DNA from: Christensenellaceae bacterium
Lineage (GTDB): Bacteria > Bacillota > Clostridia > Christensenellales > Christensenellaceae
Direction: 5' to 3'
Length of the DNA stretch: 64,000 nucleotides
NCBI GenBank assembly: GCA_040766545.1
Contig: JAXGQH010000004.1
Span: forward strand, 2,157 to 66,156
Below are positions 63,821-64,000 of the stretch, one piece after another (within the stretch, counting starts at the first letter, position 1; each line of letters begins with the position of its first letter). Below the pieces are notes generated by a model. The model was not told the DNA's origin. It saw only the letters and a list, made by a program, of their open reading frames with translations, and ran no database searches. The position numbers and the translations under genes were made by a program.

Positions 63821-64000
63821 ACTTTGGATCCCGCCTTTTTTCGCCGCCCTCCTCTTTTTGCTGTACGCTTTCGGCCGGCTGCTTTTATATCCCCTGCGCC
63901 CTCTGCTGAAACTTTTATTCAATTCCCTTCTCGGGGCGGCGTCCATCATACTTTTAAACGTATTTGGCAAAGGGTTCTTCCTTTATATTCCTCTCACGCC
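63807..64000 (+). CDS. bofA: Pro-sigmaK processing inhibitor BofA family, truncated by the window end
   Basis: MSAPELW...RLLLYPLRPLLKLLFNSLLGAASIILLNVFGKGFFLYIPLT; recR-yaaL-bofA synteny. Not in the ORF track. Confidence 0.8.
   Translation, partial: MSAPELWIPPFFAALLFLLYAFGRLLLYPLRPLLKLLFNSLLGAASIILLNVFGKGFFLYIPLT

Noticed and set aside
36-63970. Many long minus-strand ORFs (e.g. 8499-10079, 53406-54566, 42187-43218)
   Set aside because: They are antisense shadows of GC3-rich plus-strand genes, with no recognisable motifs.
1-64000. CRISPR arrays, tRNA/rRNA genes, IS elements, prophage or defence genes
   Set aside because: No regularly spaced repeats, RNA-gene signatures, or transposase or phage-like ORFs were found; intergenic gaps are short and accounted for.

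Overview
A 64-kb, entirely +strand core-genome region from a GC-rich, spore-forming clostridial Firmicute (spoIVA, bofA and PolC are present; the content is Christensenellales-like, which is my inference). Gene order: ruvX(3' end)-DUF1292 | rpsB-tsf | pyrH-frr-orf-uppS-cdsA-dxr-rseP-ispG-polC | secD/secF-like-recJ-rel-dtd-MBL-hemZ-hisS-aspS-trxA | smc-ftsY-ylxM-ffh-rpsP-khpA-rimM-trmD-rplS | MFS-rbgA-rnhB-yraN-[large GT-C glycosyltransferase, gtrA]-comM-dprA-topA-trmFO-hslV-hslU-DUF512-der-plsY | five tandem HxlB/PHI-like SIS genes | spoIVA | rplU-rpmA | ogg1-PHP-degV | dnaX-ebfC-recR-yaaL-bofA. Many essential genes are broken by small indels, most likely long-read or low-coverage assembly errors rather than pseudogenes, so their boundaries are approximate. 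The standout is a self-contained operon of five divergent 6-phospho-3-hexuloisomerase-like paralogs (53090-55971). It sits where gpsA is usually found, has no partner hxlA, and its copies have lost conserved motifs in a complementary pattern. Other leads: a SecD/SecF pair apparently lacking the proton-coupling residues, a uORF/attenuator-like leader before pyrH, a perfect 32-bp palindrome over an MFS promoter, an L27 without the Firmicute extension and no prp in its operon, and an RBS-occluding hairpin before yaaL-bofA. I saw no tRNA, rRNA, CRISPR array or mobile element. All family assignments come from motif recognition by eye; no database searches were run.
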